A DNA stretch of 64,000 nt from positions 62,001 to 126,000 of IMG/VR virus record IMGVR_UViG_3300020477_000990; one strand, 5' to 3'. A program made the position numbers and the translations under genes. Of this stretch, positions 21,667 through 31,626 are shown in pieces. The first letter of the stretch is position 1. Every line of letters begins with the position of its first letter. Under the pieces are notes generated by a model that was given only the letters and a program-made list of their open reading frames with translations, was not told the DNA's origin and made no database searches.

Positions 21667-22877
21667 AAAATACAAAAATAAAAGTAGCAATGATTGGTTG
21701 CGGTAAGCTAGGTCAAGATTGTGCAGAAGTTATGGCTGAGAATTATTTTGTTGAAGGGTTTGATATTGAGCCAAGACAACCAGAAAATTTTAAAATGCAA
21801 TCAACTATTAAAGAAGCAGTTAAAGAAAAAGATATAGTTTTTATTGCGGCACCAACACCACATGATCCAAGGTATGATGGTTCAACACCAACTGCACATT
21901 TGGAACCAAAAGATTTTGATTATACAATTGTAAAAAATATTTTAAGTGAAGTAAATCAATTTGTTAATAAAAAGCAATTAGTAGTTTTAATATCAACAGT
22001 ATTACCTGGCACTACAAGACGTGAACTTGAACCTTTAATTACAAATGCAAGATTTGTTTATAATCCTTATTTAATAGCAATGGGATCTGTTAAATGGGAT
22101 ATGGTTAATCCAGAAATGGTTATGATTGGTACAGAAGATGGATCTAAAACAGGTGATGCAAAAGAATTAATAGATTTTTATAAACCAATGATGCAAAATA
22201 AACCAAGGTACATAGTAGGAACTTGGGATGAATGTGAATCAATAAAAATATTTTATAACACATTTATATCAGCAAAGATTGGGTTAGTTAATATGATTCA
22301 AGACGTAGCAGAAAAGCAAGGTAATATTAATGTTGATGTAGTAACATCTGCACTTGCATATTCTGATATGCGTATTATGGGTCCTAGATATATGACAGCA
22401 GGTATGGGCGATGGAGGTGCTTGTCACCCTAGAGATAACATTGCTTTACGTTGGATGGCAGATAATTTAGGATTAGGATATGATTTATTTGATGCTATAA
22501 TGGGAGCAAGAGAAGTTCAAGCAGAAAATTTAGCAAAGAAATGTATGGAATATAATTTACCAATTGTTATAGTTGGTAAAGCATATAAGCCACAGGTTCC
22601 ATATACAAATGGATCATATAGTTTATTAATTGGACATTACATTGAAAAAGCAGGGAGAACTTTGTACTACCAAGATGAGCATACAGGTGATAAGCCACCA
22701 AAAGATTTAGGAAGGGCAGTTTATCTATTAGCACATAATCCAAAAGTTACATACGGAACAGATGATACAGCAAAGTATGATTTTCCAAAAGGTTCTATAA
22801 TACTTGATCCATGGAGACAATGTCCACAGATAGAAGGATGTCGAGTTGTCGAGTATGGAAACACAAGAAACATATAA
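21663..22877 (+). CDS. UDP-glucose/GDP-mannose 6-dehydrogenase family protein
   Basis: IGCGKLG, AAPTP, STVLPGT, YNPYL, GGACHPRD. Confidence 0.9.
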   Translation: MKNTKIKVAMIGCGKLGQDCAEVMAENYFVEGFDIEPRQPENFKMQSTIKEAVKEKDIVFIAAPTPHDPRYDGSTPTAHLEPKDFDYTIVKNILSEVNQFVNKKQLVVLISTVLPGTTRRELEPLITNARFVYNPYLIAMGSVKWDMVNPEMVMIGTEDGSKTGDAKELIDFYKPMMQNKPRYIVGTWDECESIKIFYNTFISAKIGLVNMIQDVAEKQGNINVDVVTSALAYSDMRIMGPRYMTAGMGDGGACHPRDNIALRWMADNLGLGYDLFDAIMGAREVQAENLAKKCMEYNLPIVIVGKAYKPQVPYTNGSYSLLIGHYIEKAGRTLYYQDEHTGDKPPKDLGRAVYLLAHNPKVTYGTDDTAKYDFPKGSIILDPWRQCPQIEGCRVVEYGNTRNI

Positions 22878-24228
22878 TAAATTTTTAGAAATTGCTAAAA
22901 AATATAAACATTTTTGTCCTTTGGTATATAATCATGTACATATAGGAACAACGAATGCTAAATCATATTGTTGTGTAGCCAAGGGTAATGAGATAACTAG
23001 GAACAAAAAACTTACAGACTATTGGAACTCAGAAATTGTTAATAAAGATAGAGCCGATATGTTATCTAATAGTCCTAAAGGTAAATTAAAAGAATGCACG
23101 ATTTGTTGGGACGAAGAGGAGATAGGTGCAAAGTCATATAGACATTTAGCTATTGAGAGATATGATCTTAATGAAAACGATAGCACAAAAGACGAAGTAT
23201 TAAAATTGATAGAAAACGTAGAGGCAGTTGAACAAGGCAATGAAGTACCTCATATGCCAACTAGTTATGATATAAAGTTTGGTAACTTATGCAATTTAAA
23301 ATGTCCCTCTTGCAATCCAGATAATAGTTCACAGATATATAAAGAAATAAAAGAAAATAAAAAAATATTTAATGAAATTGATAATGAACATTATTATTTA
23401 ACAACTGAAAATGATTTCAAATGGATAGAAAATAAAGAATGGTGGAAAGTTTTTGAAGAAGCAACAGCAACGCCAACGAAATTGTACAGATTTAAATCAA
23501 CAGGTGGAGAACCATTACTTAATAAATCACTTATAACTTATTTAAAAAAATTAATAACTGATGGAAAAGCAAAAGATATAAAATTAAATCTTGTAACAAA
23601 TGGAATTAAAATCTCAAAAGACCTTCTTGTAAATGTTTTAAATAAATTCAAGAGATGTAGTTTAACAATTAGTATTGATGGAACTAATAAGGAATATGAA
23701 TATTTGAGATTTCCAGGTAAATGGAAAGTATTAGATGGTAATGTAAAACAAGGTTATAAACTTGATATTAAAAATGTAAAATTTATGATTCATCCTACAT
23801 TATCAGCTATGAATATTTTATCTATTCTTCAAGTTTATGAGTATGCTTTAGGTGTTGGTACTTTGAAAGATCCGAATGTTGGCAATAGAGAATTTTCTAA
23901 GATAAGTTCATTTGCTATGGCATGGGATCCAGAGCATATTTGTATAACTAATTTATTAAATGATAATATGAAAACAAAAGTAATAGATTATTATAATAAT
24001 TATATCGATAGGTTTGAAAAATCTTATCCTTTTGCTAAAAAACGTGTTAAGGAAGAGTATATTTCACAATTTAAAGATATAATTAAATTAGTTAAACGTG
24101 CAAAAGCAGATCCAGTTTATATTCAAAAATTTGTAAAGTATATTAAAATAATCGATAGTATAAGAAATATTAGTTTTGAAAAAAGCTGTCCTAAAGAGTA
24201 TCACTTATTTAAAGAATATTTTGAGTGA
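22846..24228 (+). CDS. N-terminal-twitch radical SAM protein
   Basis: CPLV..SYCC..CTIC; KFGNLCNLKCPSC; TGGEP; SIDG. Confidence 0.85.
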   Translation: MSSMETQETYNKFLEIAKKYKHFCPLVYNHVHIGTTNAKSYCCVAKGNEITRNKKLTDYWNSEIVNKDRADMLSNSPKGKLKECTICWDEEEIGAKSYRHLAIERYDLNENDSTKDEVLKLIENVEAVEQGNEVPHMPTSYDIKFGNLCNLKCPSCNPDNSSQIYKEIKENKKIFNEIDNEHYYLTTENDFKWIENKEWWKVFEEATATPTKLYRFKSTGGEPLLNKSLITYLKKLITDGKAKDIKLNLVTNGIKISKDLLVNVLNKFKRCSLTISIDGTNKEYEYLRFPGKWKVLDGNVKQGYKLDIKNVKFMIHPTLSAMNILSILQVYEYALGVGTLKDPNVGNREFSKISSFAMAWDPEHICITNLLNDNMKTKVIDYYNNYIDRFEKSYPFAKKRVKEEYISQFKDIIKLVKRAKADPVYIQKFVKYIKIIDSIRNISFEKSCPKEYHLFKEYFE

Positions 24229-24253
24229 CATTCGTTATTAAATAGTATATAAT
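24225..24253 (+). promoter_or_regulatory. Sigma70-type promoter GTGACA-N17-TATAAT
   Basis: Boxes at 24225-30 and 24248-53, upstream of fpr. Confidence 0.5.
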
Positions 24254-24275
24254 ATGCAGTAATAAAGAGGAATTA

Positions 24276-25034
24276 ATGATTAATAAAGAAAAAGTAACAC
24301 ATATAAAGCATTGGAATGATAAAACATTTTCATTTAAAACTACAAGGAATTTTCCAAATAAGTTTAATAATGGAGAATTTGCTATGATAGGCATAGAGCA
24401 TGAAGGTAAAAAATTATTTAGGGCTTATTCATTTGCTTCAGCTAATCATGAAGACTATTTAGAATTTTTATCGATTAAGATACAAGATGGTCCGCTAACA
24501 TCAAAGTTACAGCATATTAAAGAAGGTGATGAAATATTAATTAATAGTAAAGCAACAGGCACACTTGTAATTGATTATTTGCTACCTGGACGTAATTTAT
24601 ATTTAATTGCAACTGGTACAGGACTTGCACCTTTCTTAGGAATAATAAAAGACCCAGAAACATATAATAGGTTTGAAAAAGTTATACTTACACATACAGT
24701 TCAGTATGAAAATGAATTAGCATATCATGAACCACTTAATTGGTTTAATGAAGAATGGAAAACACTTACACAAGGAAACTTTAAATACTTTAATACATTA
24801 ACTCAACAAGAATGGCCACGTAAAGGACGAATTACAAAATGGATTAAGAATAATGCGTTATATACACAAACAACTGGTGAAGCATTAGATGTAGAAAAAG
24901 ATAGATTTATGATATGTGGCTCGCAAGGTCTTAATAAAGATTTAATAGAGCATTTTGAATCATTAGGTATGCAGGAAGGTAATACATCTACACCTGCACA
25001 ATTTGTAGTAGAGAAGGCATTTGTACAAAGATGA
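24276..25034 (+). CDS. fpr: Ferredoxin/flavodoxin-NADP+ reductase
   Basis: RAYSFAS, DGPLTSKL, TGTLVID.L.PGRNLYL..TGTGLAPF, ICGS, FVVEKAF. Confidence 0.95.
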   Translation: MINKEKVTHIKHWNDKTFSFKTTRNFPNKFNNGEFAMIGIEHEGKKLFRAYSFASANHEDYLEFLSIKIQDGPLTSKLQHIKEGDEILINSKATGTLVIDYLLPGRNLYLIATGTGLAPFLGIIKDPETYNRFEKVILTHTVQYENELAYHEPLNWFNEEWKTLTQGNFKYFNTLTQQEWPRKGRITKWIKNNALYTQTTGEALDVEKDRFMICGSQGLNKDLIEHFESLGMQEGNTSTPAQFVVEKAFVQR

Positions 25035-25696
25035 TAGTATTCACACCATTAGATATACCACCAATTCCAAACAAACAATCAATACTAGATAATTTTATCG
25101 GTAATGAAAAATTTGCATGGTGGAAAGAAGAAACATTATTAGGAATTAAAGATTTATCAAAACCTTTTGGTGAACCTAAAGAATGGACAAGTAATGCAAA
25201 AGAAAAATATCCACAGTTAGTAGAATGGATAGATACATATTTTCCTTTTGAGTATAAATTTTATGTAAGGATAGCAAGGTCAACAGGAAACGTTGATCCA
25301 CACGTAGATGGAAATTATGTTAAAGCACCACACCCACATCACATGACAATTACTCAAGAAATGTTTGATCATCAAAGAGCAAATGAGCCAATAGGTTATA
25401 GATTTGTTGTAAGTGGGTCTAGAAATACTTTGTATATGTGCAATGATTATAATTACAGTAAGGATATGAGTAATCAACCTAAGCATTTTTGTACAATACC
25501 AAATGAAACAGATGCATTTTTAATTAATAATTGTACACAACCACATGGAGTTGACGTTAAACCAAATATAGATGATGATCGCATAGTAGGATTTATACTT
25601 GGTAAAGTAGTGCCAGAAGCACACCAAAAACTTATTGAAAGAAGCCAAAATAAATATAGTAAACAGGTTGTAAAAAAAGATGAGTTACGAATATAA
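25031..25696 (+). CDS. Fe/2OG oxygenase (cupin fold)
   Basis: PHVD..., distal PHGV, DRIV. Confidence 0.6.
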   Translation: MIVFTPLDIPPIPNKQSILDNFIGNEKFAWWKEETLLGIKDLSKPFGEPKEWTSNAKEKYPQLVEWIDTYFPFEYKFYVRIARSTGNVDPHVDGNYVKAPHPHHMTITQEMFDHQRANEPIGYRFVVSGSRNTLYMCNDYNYSKDMSNQPKHFCTIPNETDAFLINNCTQPHGVDVKPNIDDDRIVGFILGKVVPEAHQKLIERSQNKYSKQVVKKDELRI

Positions 25697-26411
25697 ATTA
25701 AAATTAATATTATTAGCAAATCATATATTATTAGCAATAGGCTTGATCTATGCTGATTTAAGTTGGTTATGGTTATCTCTAGTAGGGTGGATTATGTTTG
25801 GTAAAGTTGGTGGAGAAATTGCTTTACATAGATACCTATCACATAGAAGTTTTGAAACTTCCTATTGGAAGTCAAGAATGCTAATAGTATTGAGTATGTT
25901 TAATTGCTTTGGGTCACCTATTGCTTGGTGTGGAATACATAGAAAGCATCATGCAGTTCCAGAAACAAAAGAAGATCCACATGGTGGTCAAGCAATGTGG
26001 AAAGTATGGACAACTTTCTGGGAACCATTTACTATTGAAAGAAAGTTCGTAGTTGATTTAATTAAAGATAAATGGATTACATTTATACATAAACATTATC
26101 TTAAGTTATTAATAGGAATATATGGTGCTATCGCTTTAATAGACTGGCGTATAGCAGTATTTTTAATATCTATACCAGCAGTAGTAACGTTTCATAGTGC
26201 AGGAATGGTTAATACAATATGTCATAAATGGGGGTATAGATTGTTTAATACACCCGATAAAAGTACAAATAATACTTGGGTTAACTTATTAACACTAGGT
26301 AGTGGATTGCATAATACACATCATGAAAAACCAGCAAGTTGGAATAATAAAGAAAAATGGTGGGAAATAGATTTTCCTGCTTGGGTTATTAAAACCTTTT
26401 TAAAGGCATAA
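25680..26411 (+). CDS. Second membrane fatty-acid desaturase
   Basis: HRYLSH, HRKHH, HNTHH His boxes. Confidence 0.88.
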   Translation: MSYEYKLKLILLANHILLAIGLIYADLSWLWLSLVGWIMFGKVGGEIALHRYLSHRSFETSYWKSRMLIVLSMFNCFGSPIAWCGIHRKHHAVPETKEDPHGGQAMWKVWTTFWEPFTIERKFVVDLIKDKWITFIHKHYLKLLIGIYGAIALIDWRIAVFLISIPAVVTFHSAGMVNTICHKWGYRLFNTPDKSTNNTWVNLLTLGSGLHNTHHEKPASWNNKEKWWEIDFPAWVIKTFLKA

Positions 26412-26414
26412 GTT

Positions 26415-27032
26415 ATGGAAGAACAAATAAAAAATGGGTATTTAGAAATACCAAATTTTAAATTTGATCAAAATGAATTAATTGATATTGTTAAGGATAT
26501 AGATGAAAACGATGCATGGATTTATAGTGGGCTAGTTGGTGACTATGTACAAGAAAAAATACCTAGCAGTATAAGAGAAAACTTTCAGTCATTAATACAT
26601 ACATGGATGGGGTTTGTTAAATGTAAAAAAGGAAGTTCAGTTTTGCCACATAAAGATTCTCAATATAAAAAGTATTCAAAGTTTTTTGGTGACTATGCTC
26701 TTGAAGAATCATATAGTAGATTAGATAACCGTTTACATGAATTAAAAATACAAAGGAACGGATTTCGTGAATGTGCTTTATTTTTTCCTGTGTATGGAGA
26801 TTATAATGAATCACCAACAATATTGTATAGAGAAAAAGATCTTAAAGAAATTGCTAGACTGTCATTACAGTATCCTACATTAGTTGAGTTATCTGGTGGA
26901 ACTACTCTACATGGAGTTGCAGAAGTTTTTAAAGACAGAGTTACATTTCAAATGAGTTTTTATACTCCATTAAGTTTTAAAGTTGTATCTAATTTATTAT
27001 TAACAGGAAAAATATTAAATGAAGCATATTAA
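26415..27032 (+). CDS. Fe/2OG oxygenase, first of a tandem triplet
   Basis: PHKD, RECALFFPVYGD, LHGV, RVTFQ. Confidence 0.65.
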   Translation: MEEQIKNGYLEIPNFKFDQNELIDIVKDIDENDAWIYSGLVGDYVQEKIPSSIRENFQSLIHTWMGFVKCKKGSSVLPHKDSQYKKYSKFFGDYALEESYSRLDNRLHELKIQRNGFRECALFFPVYGDYNESPTILYREKDLKEIARLSLQYPTLVELSGGTTLHGVAEVFKDRVTFQMSFYTPLSFKVVSNLLLTGKILNEAY

Positions 27033-27831
27033 TATTAGTTTAGATACAGTAGTTTCAAAAATTACAAATGTATTAGATCTTAGAAGTAATAATAATTTAA
27101 CAGAAGAAAAAGATATAGTAGCATTAGAAGAGTATATGAGTATTGATACAATTAAACTTGAAGAAGATTTAAAATTTTATAAGCAATTACAACAAGGCTA
27201 TTTAGAGCTACCTCAATTAAAATGGAATAAACAAGAACTGTTAGATATAGTTGTACAGCTCGACTACGAAAATAAATGGGAAATTCATAAACCTTATCCA
27301 CACACGTTTCATAGAGGAAATAATTTTGCTACAGCGACAGTTAATTCTGTTCCAGAGGCAATTAAAAATCAATTTGCTATGCAAGTTTTTGATTCATCAG
27401 GGTTTGCAAACATTTATCCAAAGAGTGAAACACCACCACATATTGATGAAGGTTATGATAAGTCACTTAATAAAACTAAATCATTTATTGAAGATGGTAG
27501 GGAATGTGCTATATTTTTTCCTGTATATGGAGATTTTAAATTAGCACCAACAGAGCTATATAAAGTTATGGAAGATGATAAGAAAGAAATTGGAATTGAT
27601 GGTTTGAAACCTAGAGATTGGAGTGATGTACATTTATCAAATTTTTCAAAATATAAAATATCTACAATTACATTTGAACATCCAACATTAATAAGAACAA
27701 AAGGTAACATATGGCATGGAGTAAATAATGTAAGTGATTCAATGCGTATAACATATCAGATAAGTTTTAAATCTCCATATACTTTTGAGTCCATAGCACA
27801 GATGATTAGAATGGGATTAATAAATGGATAA
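27019..27831 (+). CDS. Fe/2OG oxygenase, second of the triplet
   Basis: PHID, RECAIFFPVYGD, WHGV, RITYQ. Confidence 0.65.
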   Translation: MKHINISLDTVVSKITNVLDLRSNNNLTEEKDIVALEEYMSIDTIKLEEDLKFYKQLQQGYLELPQLKWNKQELLDIVVQLDYENKWEIHKPYPHTFHRGNNFATATVNSVPEAIKNQFAMQVFDSSGFANIYPKSETPPHIDEGYDKSLNKTKSFIEDGRECAIFFPVYGDFKLAPTELYKVMEDDKKEIGIDGLKPRDWSDVHLSNFSKYKISTITFEHPTLIRTKGNIWHGVNNVSDSMRITYQISFKSPYTFESIAQMIRMGLING

Positions 27832-28333
27832 TTTATTATATAAAAAATTAAATAACTTTAAATTTGATGTAGCTCAAATTGAAGAAGCATATAATAATGC
27901 AGAGTTTGAATCAACAGGTGAAAATGAATATAGAGAAGTACAAGGTTATGCTAAAGTACCTTGCCCAAATTTTGTAAAGGAACAGTTAAAATTGCCTATT
28001 TGGAAGTCAACTGGTTTCTTAAGAGCCATGCCAAACAAAACAGTTCCAGCTCATGCAGATATGGGTAGAGTATGTGCAATTTTAATTCCATTTAAAGGAG
28101 AGCAACAAAAAAATCCATTACGTTTTTGGAAATATGATGACGAATTAGATAAAGATATTTTGATAGCCGAAACATATATTAATGAACCAACTTTAATTGA
28201 TACAACAGTTTTGCATTCAGTTGATGATAGTTCCGATGTAGAAAGAACTAACTTTACTATTTGTTTTGATTATCCATTTAGTTTTGAAGTTATGTCTGAT
28301 CTGTTATCAGAGAAAGGATTATTGTATGCATAG
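27824..28333 (+). CDS. Fe/2OG oxygenase, third of the triplet
   Basis: AHAD, RVCAILIP, LHSV, RTNF. Confidence 0.65.
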   Translation: MDNLLYKKLNNFKFDVAQIEEAYNNAEFESTGENEYREVQGYAKVPCPNFVKEQLKLPIWKSTGFLRAMPNKTVPAHADMGRVCAILIPFKGEQQKNPLRFWKYDDELDKDILIAETYINEPTLIDTTVLHSVDDSSDVERTNFTICFDYPFSFEVMSDLLSEKGLLYA

Positions 28334-29144
28334 TATTTTATATAAGAGTAAGTATACAAATCAAGATGTTGTATGGATTAAAGATGTATTAACTAAAGAA
28401 GAAATACAAGCAATGAGTGAGTATTTTGATAGTAAGTTAGATTTAATGCATGATGCATATGGTACAAAAGATTTACATAAAATATTGCCAATAGGCCCAA
28501 ATTTAAATTTAGATCGTGATATAAAATTAATATGTGATAGAGTTCATTTACCAATAGAAAATTTAATTGGCGACAATTGGTTTTTAACTGGACACCCATA
28601 TGGACCTCATGCTGATGCACCTGAAGGTGATATTGCACAATACTTGCATTGCGTAGTTCCAATTAGAAAAAGTTTTGCAGAAGAATGTTCTATGATTGTT
28701 TTTGATCAAGTATCAAAAGTAGGAACACTTACAATAAGTGGAGATTCAACGGTTGACTATGAAGAAGCAAATGAATATGCTGGTCAAGATATTGATGTAG
28801 ACCATCCTAGATTTTCTGATTGTAAAACTATTGGTTTGGGTAGTTCCAAATACTTGCATTATCTTACAGATCAAAATATAGGTGATGACTTATATAATGA
28901 ATTAGATAATACTGCGAGTCATCATACACGTGAAAGATTTTTTGGATTTACTGGAAAATCTTATAATTGGGTGCCTGGTGACATTATATTTTTTAATAGT
29001 TCACAAATGCATTGCTCAGGGAAAATGCCAAAAGATACAAATAAACTAGGAATAACAATGCTATTTAAATTTGATACTGTAGAAGAATGTCAAAGTTATA
29101 AAACAAATTCAAAGTTAAATTTTAAGGAAACTTACGATGTATAA
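28326..29144 (+). CDS. Fe/2OG oxygenase
   Basis: PHAD, WVPGDIIFFNSSQMHCS, K; ATG at 28326 preferred. Confidence 0.6.
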   Translation: MHSILYKSKYTNQDVVWIKDVLTKEEIQAMSEYFDSKLDLMHDAYGTKDLHKILPIGPNLNLDRDIKLICDRVHLPIENLIGDNWFLTGHPYGPHADAPEGDIAQYLHCVVPIRKSFAEECSMIVFDQVSKVGTLTISGDSTVDYEEANEYAGQDIDVDHPRFSDCKTIGLGSSKYLHYLTDQNIGDDLYNELDNTASHHTRERFFGFTGKSYNWVPGDIIFFNSSQMHCSGKMPKDTNKLGITMLFKFDTVEECQSYKTNSKLNFKETYDV

Positions 29145-30138
29145 AATAGAAGGTACAAATATAACGTTTGAAGATGTTGGAGCATTAAAATTAAAAGGTC
29201 TTAATGCATATGGTATAGAAGTAACCAATTTATCTTATCCATTTGAAGAAAGAGAAATAGAATTAATTAAATATTTAATTGCAGATCAATTATTAGTTGT
29301 TTTGCCAAAGTGCAATTTATCTGTAGATCAATTTTATAACTTATGTGATCAATTAGGAGTAGTTAGTACGTATGGACAATATCGTAGTCGTAAACTTCTT
29401 GATAATACAAAATTTTATTCCTATTTAGATAAAGATGATTGTCCAATATATCCTGGATTAGTAAGAGTTACAGGTGAAAAAGATAGTAAAGGAAATTTTT
29501 TAGGAATAGCACCTGGGCATAGTACGTTATTAAATTGGCATAATGATCAAGCTGGACGTGATGCTGTAAAAGTTAAAAGAAATGATAAAATAAAAGGTAT
29601 ATGGTCATACGAAAGACCACTTCCAGAAGTTATTGCTTTACAAGGAGTAAAAGGAACTAAAGGTAGTATTACTGAAATATGTCAACTAGTTGATTCTTAT
29701 AATGCTGAAGATTTAAGCATTAAAAACTGGTTTAAAAATGTTCGATTAGAATGGGGATATGTAGATGGAGAAGATAAAATATATGATTCTGATGTAGTAC
29801 ATAAGGAAGATAAAATAAAAAGAATACTTCCAATTGTAACTAAAGCAATAAATGGTAAAGAAGGGTTACATTTTTCTCCAAGCCAAACAGTAGCTATCGA
29901 TGGTAAATCAGAAAAAGAATATAATGAATTAAAAGAATATATAATGAAAAATTATGTAAATCAAAATTACATATATAGACACTATTGGAATGATGGTGAT
30001 ATTATTTTTACTGATCAAAAAACGTCAATTCATAGACGTGTTGGAACTCATAAAGAAACAATTCCTATGCAAAAATTAAGTAAAAGATTATTGCACCATG
30101 TTGAAATACATATTCATAATTTGAATAATGCCTCCTAA
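29137..30138 (+). CDS. TauD/TfdA-like dioxygenase (canonical HxD)
   Basis: WHND, HYWNDGDIIFTDQ..SIHRR. Confidence 0.8.
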   Translation: MYKIEGTNITFEDVGALKLKGLNAYGIEVTNLSYPFEEREIELIKYLIADQLLVVLPKCNLSVDQFYNLCDQLGVVSTYGQYRSRKLLDNTKFYSYLDKDDCPIYPGLVRVTGEKDSKGNFLGIAPGHSTLLNWHNDQAGRDAVKVKRNDKIKGIWSYERPLPEVIALQGVKGTKGSITEICQLVDSYNAEDLSIKNWFKNVRLEWGYVDGEDKIYDSDVVHKEDKIKRILPIVTKAINGKEGLHFSPSQTVAIDGKSEKEYNELKEYIMKNYVNQNYIYRHYWNDGDIIFTDQKTSIHRRVGTHKETIPMQKLSKRLLHHVEIHIHNLNNAS

Positions 30139-30148
30139 GAGGCATTAT
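30125..30148. terminator. Hairpin between convergent genes
   Basis: ATAATGCCTC-CTAA-GAGGCATTAT, perfect 10-bp stem. Confidence 0.75.
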
Positions 30149-30168
30149 CCTACTATTTAAAATTTTAA

Positions 30169-30447
30169 TTAGAATGATAAGTGATCAGAAGTCTCTACTA
30201 ATGGTAAAGTTTGTCCATCATATTGAGCTTTGTCACAAGGTGTAATATCTAGAGCATCGTATGCCGCTCTGTCAATGTTCCATTCTTCTGTGATAACTAG
30301 ATCAGCGCCAACCATTTCATATTTAAAGTTAACTCTTCCGTTGTTTGTAGCAAAAGTTCCATAATCAGCATCGCTGTAACCAACTAACCAATTTTGAACT
30401 GTATCTACTGCACCATCTCCGCCATTTGTTTTCCAAGATATAAACAT
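30169..30447 (-). CDS. 92-aa protein of unknown function, likely highly expressed
   Basis: Good RBS (AGGAGA); upstream ATAAATA box; C-ending codons (TTC/AAC/TAC) like the structural genes. Confidence 0.75.
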   Translation of the reverse strand: MFISWKTNGGDGAVDTVQNWLVGYSDADYGTFATNNGRVNFKYEMVGADLVITEEWNIDRAAYDALDITPCDKAQYDGQTLPLVETSDHLSF

Positions 30448-30491
30448 ATTGAGATCTCCTATAATATAGTGTATACAACTATATTTATTGA

Positions 30492-30537
30492 AAACTGGCC
30501 AGAATATAGTAGTATTTTTATTAAACTGGCCAGAATA
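30492..30537. repeat. Two copies of AAACTGGCCAGAATA, 31 bp apart
   Basis: Exact 15-bp direct repeat (30492-506, 30523-537) containing the palindrome CTGGCCAG. Confidence 0.85.
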
Positions 30538-30565
30538 ATAGTGGTATAGATAGGCATCTTTTCGC

Positions 30566-30593
30566 TTGACAGATATCTATAATATGCTATACT
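30566..30593 (+). promoter_or_regulatory. Sigma70 early-type promoter TTGACA-N16-TATACT with extended TG
   Basis: Heads the cluster of small ORFs. Confidence 0.7.
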
Positions 30594-30632
30594 ATAGAAT
30601 AATATGTTTAAATTAAAGGTGAAATAAAAAAT

Positions 30633-30905
30633 ATGAATAAAAATATAGATAATAAAATGCCTAGTCAAAACACTATTCAAATTGGAAAAAGAATATTTAA
30701 AGTTGAATTAGTGCAAGACCCTAAGACTAAACAGGCAACTTATATATTAGAAGGCAATAGGCAATCAAAATACGGATTGATTAGGAACACACATCAACCT
30801 GATTTATTGTTTGCTTATAATTTAAAAGGGTTAGATAAACAAGCCAAGGTGGCAGGATATACTTGGTTTACAGATAAAAATGGCAAATTAGAACCTGTGG
30901 GGTAG
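30633..30905 (+). CDS. Hypothetical phage early protein
   Basis: ORF with RBS-like AAGGTG after a strong promoter. Confidence 0.6.
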   Translation: MNKNIDNKMPSQNTIQIGKRIFKVELVQDPKTKQATYILEGNRQSKYGLIRNTHQPDLLFAYNLKGLDKQAKVAGYTWFTDKNGKLEPVG

Positions 30906-30908
30906 TAA

Positions 30909-31166
30909 ATGACTGAACTTACACGAGGAATATTTCAAGTAGGTAAGGGCTTTTATGAAAGTAATAAAGGTTCAATTCTTAGAACAATAGTATATACAAT
31001 AGGCCACTTTGCAATAGCAATAATATGTTTAATGCTAATTGCAGATGTATCTTTTGGAATTGCATTAACTGATGCAATTGTTGAACCACTTGCTAATTCA
31101 GTTTGGTATTTTGTATTAGATAAATGGTGGGCGTCAAAAGTAACAAAGGAGGACAATGATAGATAG
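30909..31166 (+). CDS. Small membrane protein, DUF2061-like
   Basis: SILRTIVYTIGH, ALTDAIVEP, WYFVLDKWW. Confidence 0.55.
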   Translation: MTELTRGIFQVGKGFYESNKGSILRTIVYTIGHFAIAIICLMLIADVSFGIALTDAIVEPLANSVWYFVLDKWWASKVTKEDNDR

Positions 31167-31353
31167 TCACGAACAAGACAAGACATATGAAAATGAAGGT
31201 AGTACAGTTACTATTCCTTTAAAAGAATATGATAAACTCAGAGAAAAGCAAAAGTATATTACCGATAGTGATTTAATTAATTGTATAGATAAGATTGAAG
31301 AACTAGTACGAGCATTAAGAAAGCATATAGTAAGGAGCAATTTTAATGAGTAG
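31156..31353 (+). CDS. Hypothetical protein
   Basis: AGGAGG RBS; coupled ORF chain. Confidence 0.65.
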   Translation: MIDSHEQDKTYENEGSTVTIPLKEYDKLREKQKYITDSDLINCIDKIEELVRALRKHIVRSNFNE

Positions 31354-31531
31354 GAAAAGTAAAAAAACTTTGTGGAACAAAATTTATGCAAAAGCAGATA
31401 GAATAGATAAACTATCTAAAGATATAATGCATCTATCAGATGAGATTAAAGATTTAGTTTATGAAAGCGAAGAAGCAAAAGATGATGATAGTTTTGGTAG
31501 GCATTATGGTTCATGGAAAGGCAATTTGTAA
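31346..31531 (+). CDS. Hypothetical coiled-coil protein
   Basis: AGGAG RBS; overlapping start/stop. Confidence 0.6.
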   Translation: MSRKSKKTLWNKIYAKADRIDKLSKDIMHLSDEIKDLVYESEEAKDDDSFGRHYGSWKGNL

Positions 31532-31626
31532 TGTGGTATTGGATTAAAGAATTAATAGTTGATATGGCACCATGGTTGATATCTATAGTGCTTATATTAA
31601 TTATAATAGGGATGGTATTTGCTTAA
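31531..31626 (+). CDS. 31-aa membrane peptide not in the track (MWYWIKELIVDMAPWLISIVLILIIIGMVFA)
   Basis: TAATG coupling at both ends. Confidence 0.55.
   Translation: MWYWIKELIVDMAPWLISIVLILIIIGMVFA

Noticed and set aside
1-30138. Bacterial chromosome or hypervariable island (suf, fpr, btuB, tRNAs, ssrA, rpmE look cellular)
   Set aside because: These genes are out of their cellular operon context and mixed with fibre genes, late-promoter boxes and phage-type micro-ORFs; not fully excluded without the rest of the contig
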